Positions 62,176 to 64,000 of a DNA stretch of 64,000 nucleotides are shown here, in pieces. Both the position numbers and the translations under genes were made by a program. This DNA comes from Heptranchias perlo (taxonomy: Eukaryota). The stretch spans positions 15,934,001 through 15,998,000 of the forward strand of contig NC_090355.1 of assembly GCF_035084215.1 (NCBI RefSeq), given 5' to 3'. Position 1 is the first letter of the stretch; every line of letters begins with the position of its first letter. Below the pieces are notes generated by a model. That model ran no database searches. It was given only the letters and a program-made list of their open reading frames with translations, and was not told the origin of the DNA.

Positions 62176-64000
62176 GTAAGATGACAGACCAATTCATTGT
62201 TTGGAAAGAGCTCTGGGTGCAACCTATTTCTGTATTAACAAATATATATAGCACAGTTACCTGACCTCAGGGGACTGTAGCCTCTTAACAATCCCTGGAA
62301 AAAAATCTTATCCATCCCATGCTGTATATATATTAGTTTTCTTGTTTTGCATCATGCATTGTCACCAATGTTCATTCTGTGAAACTGCACATTTTACAAC
62401 CAAGCTATCAAAAATGCACTACCTCATTTGTCAAAAGAGCACTGTCACCTGGAAATAAAATCATGCTGTCCATTTTTCCAGGTTTTTAAACTAGGGTTGT
62501 CAAGCTTCCAGGATTTTCTCGGAGTCTCCAGGAATTAAAGATTAGTCTCCTGGATACTGCTGCGAGTAGCCTGGGAGAAAAACCATAGGGACATTGGAGT
62601 AGAAATTGGTCTGTGTTGCGTCCGTTTTTGGGCTTAAAACAGGCGCAAAGCATACCAGCTCAGCAGTGGGACAACCTGTGCCCAATCTGCGCAGGCATTG
62701 GCCCCAGAACTAAATTTGCGGGGCCCAAAAATAATTTTTCATAAGTAATAATTATAGCAGATGAATTTGGCTAGTGAGAGCAATTGTGGAATACTATTCT
62801 GTAGAACTTAATACAACAGATTATGGGGTGATTTTCTCGGTACTCATATTTTTGTCACTTGACATTACAGAATAGCATGTCTACAATTTCCCAATATGGT
62901 GGGCAAGGCTTCTCTCCGCTAGTGGGTACTTGGAAAAATTAGACTCAAACATCAAAAGAAAATCAAAGTGCAGAAGACTAGGGACTAAGTTCTTCACTGG
63001 ATTTTTCAGATAGGGCCCACTGCCATAGTCGCTAAATCTGACAGAGAAAGACAGAAAATTGTGCAAACAATGGCAAATTGCACGGCCAGAGACTGCATGT
63101 GTCTGGGGGCAAAAGTGGAAATTTTGCAAATTGGCAAAAAACAAAAATTTTGTTTTCCTTGCTCTAATAAGCTTGGTACGGCCAATTAAGGCCTGTGCAC
63201 TGCGTTATTTGCTCCCCTCGGTGCTCCCTTTACTAATTATTGCTCGAATACTCAATTTGTTCTTTGCTAACAGAAGTTAAAATAACAGGAATGCAAAAAT
63301 GCAGATCAGTTTTCAAAGCTGAGCCTGTTTTGTCCTCATTCATCATTCACACATGCTCACATTCCAGCAGGCATTATTGAATATGAATCAGGAGCAAGAA
63401 CGCTGGCTGATTTTCCCTTTCAGATCCTTGGATCTTTAAGGTCAGGTATAGACCAGCTCTGGTAGGTGGATTAGATTGACATTCAGTTGCAGTGCCAAAT
63501 GACATGAAGTTGTCACATTACTGACGTGTATCCTTTTGGGAGGAAACCTCATTGTTCCAGTGATGTTCCTTGTTTCATTTGAGGTCAGATTTTGAAGTTT
63601 AGCTTCTGGCTCTTTGAGTTTAAAGAAGATAAACATGAATGGTCCCAGGAAACTGCATATCCTGATGAAAATATATGGATTGCTCTCTGGAGAGTATTTC
63701 ATATTAGGAGGGTCATCCATTCAGTTGCGGGTTTTGTTAGACTAACCCAAAGGTCTGCTTATATTTTTGTTTCTTGGTTTGAAACTTTCAATGAAACACT
63801 CCACACATTAGTCCCCCTTTATTTTTTTTAAAGCAGAATCCACAGTAATACAATTCATATGCTAAAACAAGTACAAAAATCATTTACTATATAAGAGATT
63901 TTACAAAAAATATTTTTCACTTAGTACAAAATTCATATATTGAGATGATATATGTGCTAAAGTTCTTCATACAACAAGGTGTGTCTGCAAACCGAACAGG

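Noticed and set aside
62261-62294. Minus-strand 34-nt micro-exon (tttttttccag...|gtaact) and a minus-strand donor near 61227
   Set aside because: No coherent reading frame or recognisable homology; such signals arise by chance.
63442-63831. Overlapping 92-aa and 79-aa ORFs near the right edge as TMEM268 or other exons
   Set aside because: No similarity to the recalled TMEM268 core (LHNGQVL...) or any family I recognise.

Overview
Eukaryotic genomic DNA, most likely from a shark. This is inferred from the mix of CR1, L2, Tx1, Deu-domain SINE and Harbinger repeats together with vertebrate-type genes. Three protein-coding genes can be read. (1) The first two coding exons of whirlin (WHRN, minus strand, 16492-16082 and 11753-11442); no further exon was recognised, so the gene probably continues off the left edge. 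(2) The complete three-exon V-ATPase subunit G1 gene (ATP6V1G1, plus strand, 47928-52949, 118 aa), with a perfect CLEAR box in its promoter. (3) A probable 5' start of TMEM268 (plus strand, from 59396). This is the gene order I recall for human 9q32. Nearly all other listed ORFs are transposon fossils or chance ORFs. The most unusual signal is a set of four short fold-back retro-insertions of Penelope-like type (21.5, 22.1, 25.1 and 47.4 kb). Two carry minimal hammerhead-ribozyme motifs. In one family the inversion boundaries fall on the ribozyme's palindromic stem III / predicted cleavage site, and one copy forms a perfect 118-bp palindrome about 360 bp upstream of the ATP6V1G1 ATG. Several PIF/Harbinger elements of different ages are also present. 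Repeat boundaries are approximate and homology calls come from recalled motifs, not database searches.
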